Source: the human T2T-CHM13v2.0 reference genome, Homo sapiens. Taken from it: 64,000 nt of DNA. Location: NCBI RefSeq assembly GCF_009914755.1, contig NC_060925.1; one strand, written 5' to 3'. The first letter of the stretch is position 1; the number at the start of each line of letters is the position of its first letter. Below are positions 59,838 to 64,000 of this stretch, piece after piece. The notes below the pieces were generated by a model. That model was not told where the DNA came from. It ran no database searches and was given only the letters and a program-made list of their open reading frames with translations. Both the position numbers and the translations under genes were made by a program.

Positions 59838-60839
59838 TAAACAGTATCTCACTCTTGTATAGGCTGGAGTACAGTGGCGCAATCTCAGCTCCCTGCAACC
59901 TCTGCCTCCTGGGCTGAAGTGATCCTCCCACCTCGCCACCACGACTAGCTAATTTTTGTATTTTTAGTAAAGACAGGGTTTAGCCATGTTGCCCAGGCTG
60001 GTCTCAAACTCCTGAGCTCAGATGATCTGCTTGCCTCGGCCTCCCAAAGTGCTGCGATTACAGGCATGACCCACGGAGCCTGGCTGCAGAAAGCATTTTA
60101 AATGTATACCAGGAGTTGGCAAACTGCTCCACAGGCCACTGCTCCCATCTTTGTGAATAGTTTTATAGGTGCAAAGCCAACAAGTTTGCTGATATATACT
60201 GTAACTTTTCTTTTTTTTTGAGACAGAGTCTTGATCTGTCACCTACCTTCATGCCTGTAATCCCAGCACTTTGGGAGGCCTAGGTGGGCAGATCACTTGA
60301 GGCCAGGAGTTCGAGACCAGCCTGGACAACATGGCGAAACACTGTCTCTACTAAAAATATAAAAATTAGCCGGGTGTAGGGACGCATGCCTTTAGTTACA
60401 GCTACTCAGGAGGCTGAGGCACGAGAATCGCTTGAACCCAGGAGGCGGAAGTTGTGGTGAGCCAAAATGGTGCCACTGCATTCCAGCCTGGGCGACAGAG
60501 CAAGACTCTGTCTCAAAAAAACAAAAACAAAAAACCAAAAAAAGGTATCTTCTGGCCGGGTGTTGTGGCTCATACCTGTAATCCCAGCACTTTGGGAGAC
60601 TGAGCAATGAGGATCGCTTGAGCCCAAGAGTTTGAGACCAGCCTGGGCAACATGGCAAAACTCCATCCCTATCAAAAAATACAAAAATTAGCCGGGCAGG
60701 GTGGCATGCACCTGTGGTCCCAGCTACTTGGGAAGCTGAGGTTGCAGTGAGTCAAGATCGTCCCACTGTACTTCAACCCTGGTGACAGAGTGAGACCTTG
60801 TCTCCAAAAGAAGGGGAGAAAAAGATATCTTCTAGTTGA

Positions 60840-61195
60840 CATTCTTGCACAAGTCTAGCACAAACACTAATTTCCGCTGGGGACATACTTAGGATTAGAG
60901 TTGCTGGTTTACCGGTTATGTTTAGCTTTGGTAGGTTGTGCCATTTTTTGAAAGTGGTTATACCAATTTACACTTCTACCAGCAAATCTAAGAGCATTTA
61001 TGCTGCTCTACCTTTGCCAATACTGTCAGTCTTTAATTTTTTACATTTTGGAGGGTATGTAGTGGTTTTCCAATTTAGTTTAATATTTCCCCTAATAACT
61101 GTATCTAACATATTAAGCGCTGTTGTATATTTATTGACCACTTTGATATTCTTTTTTAAAGTACCCATTCTTTTACCTATTTTAAAAACTGGCTT
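60840..61195 (-). mobile_element. Old L1M 3' fragment (continues at ~63055-63210 and ~63835-64000)
   Basis: AAAGTGGTTATACCAATTTACACTTCTACCAGCAA, typical of an antisense L1M 3' region. Confidence 0.6.
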
Positions 61196-61486
61196 GTCAG
61201 GCCCGGCATGGTGGCTCACACTTGCAATCCCAACACTTTGGAAGGCTGAAGCGGGCTGACTTATTGAGCCCAGGAGTTCAAGACCAGCCTGGACAACATG
61301 GCACAACCCTGTCTCTACAAAAAATACAAAAAAATTAACCAGGCATGGTGGTGTGTGCCTGTAGTCTCAGCTACTCAGGAGGCTGAGGCAGGTGAACGGC
61401 TTGAACCTGGGAGGAGGAGGCTGCAGTGAGCCAAGATCATACCACTGTACTCCAGCTCTGTCTTAAAAAAAAAAAAAAAAAAAAAA

Positions 61487-63049
<1,563 letters not shown>

Positions 63050-63516
63050 CTGCCAACACTCAACCCTTGAACATTGTGTATTTTTCCATTAATTTAGGTC
63101 ATCTTTATTTTTTCCCAACTTCTGACAGCTTCTAGTATAGAGGTCCTACAAACTTTCATAAGATTTATTCTTAGGGACTAGTCTTTTATGAAGCTATTGT
63201 AAATTGTATTGGTTTTTATTTATTTATTTATTTTGACACGGAGTCTTGGTGTGTCACACAGGCTGGAGTGCAGTGGCACGATCTCGGCTCACTGCAAACT
63301 CTGCCTCCGGAGTTGAAGCAATTCTCCTGCCCCAGCCTCCAATAGCTGGGACTATAGGCGTGTGCCACCACAACCAGCTAATTTTTGTATTTTAAGTAGA
63401 GACAGGGTTTCAGTCATCATGTTGGCTAGGGTGGTCTCGAACTCCTGACCTCAGGCAATCTGTGCATCTTGGCCTCTGAAAGTGCTGAGATTACAGGCGT
63501 GAGCCATTGCAACTAG

Positions 63517-63771
<255 letters not shown>

Positions 63772-64000
63772 TGATCCGCTCGCCTTGGCCTCCCAAAGTG
63801 CTGGGATTATAGGCGTAAGCCACTGCACCTGGCCTTGTAATGGTTTTTAAATTTCACTTTCTACTTGGTTGTTGCTAATATATTAAAATGTACTCAATAC
63901 ATTAATTTTTATATACTGACCATCTTTCCATTAATCTTGCTAAATTCACTTATGTCTGTAGAAATTTCCCATGTGTATAATAATGTCATCTGCGAATAAT

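Overview
This is human genomic DNA, recognisable as the chr1q22 FDPS - RUSC1-AS1 - RUSC1 - ASH1L interval. It is gene-dense and very Alu-rich. On the + strand are the complete FDPS gene (promoter ~5.2-5.5 kb; 10 coding exons 6330-17149 totalling 1260 nt = 419 aa + stop) and, a few hundred bp after its polyA signal, the complete RUSC1/NESCA gene (9 canonical coding exons 18314-27111 totalling 2709 nt = 902 aa + stop). On the - strand are the RUSC1-AS1 ORF over the RUSC1 5' end and the last 16 coding exons plus 3'UTR of ASH1L (end of SET, post-SET, bromo, PHD, BAH; 56949 down to 34193), with MIR555 and a U6 pseudogene inside it. Exon boundaries were read from GT/AG sites and checked for reading-frame phase. 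Most six-frame ORFs are Alu-derived noise. I see no evidence for a wholly new biological system. The best less-obvious candidates are: (1) an apparently spliced, polyadenylated retrocopy of a MER41 endogenous retrovirus RNA at 61487-63049, carrying one intact GAS motif; (2) a 411-nt in-frame RUSC1 cassette exon absent from the 902-aa model; (3) a U12-type branch point on an otherwise U2-type ASH1L intron; (4) a Trp-Lys repeat tract in RUSC1; (5) serial Alu insertion hotspots with four copies of one target site. Repeat family names come from remembered consensus sequences, not from a search.
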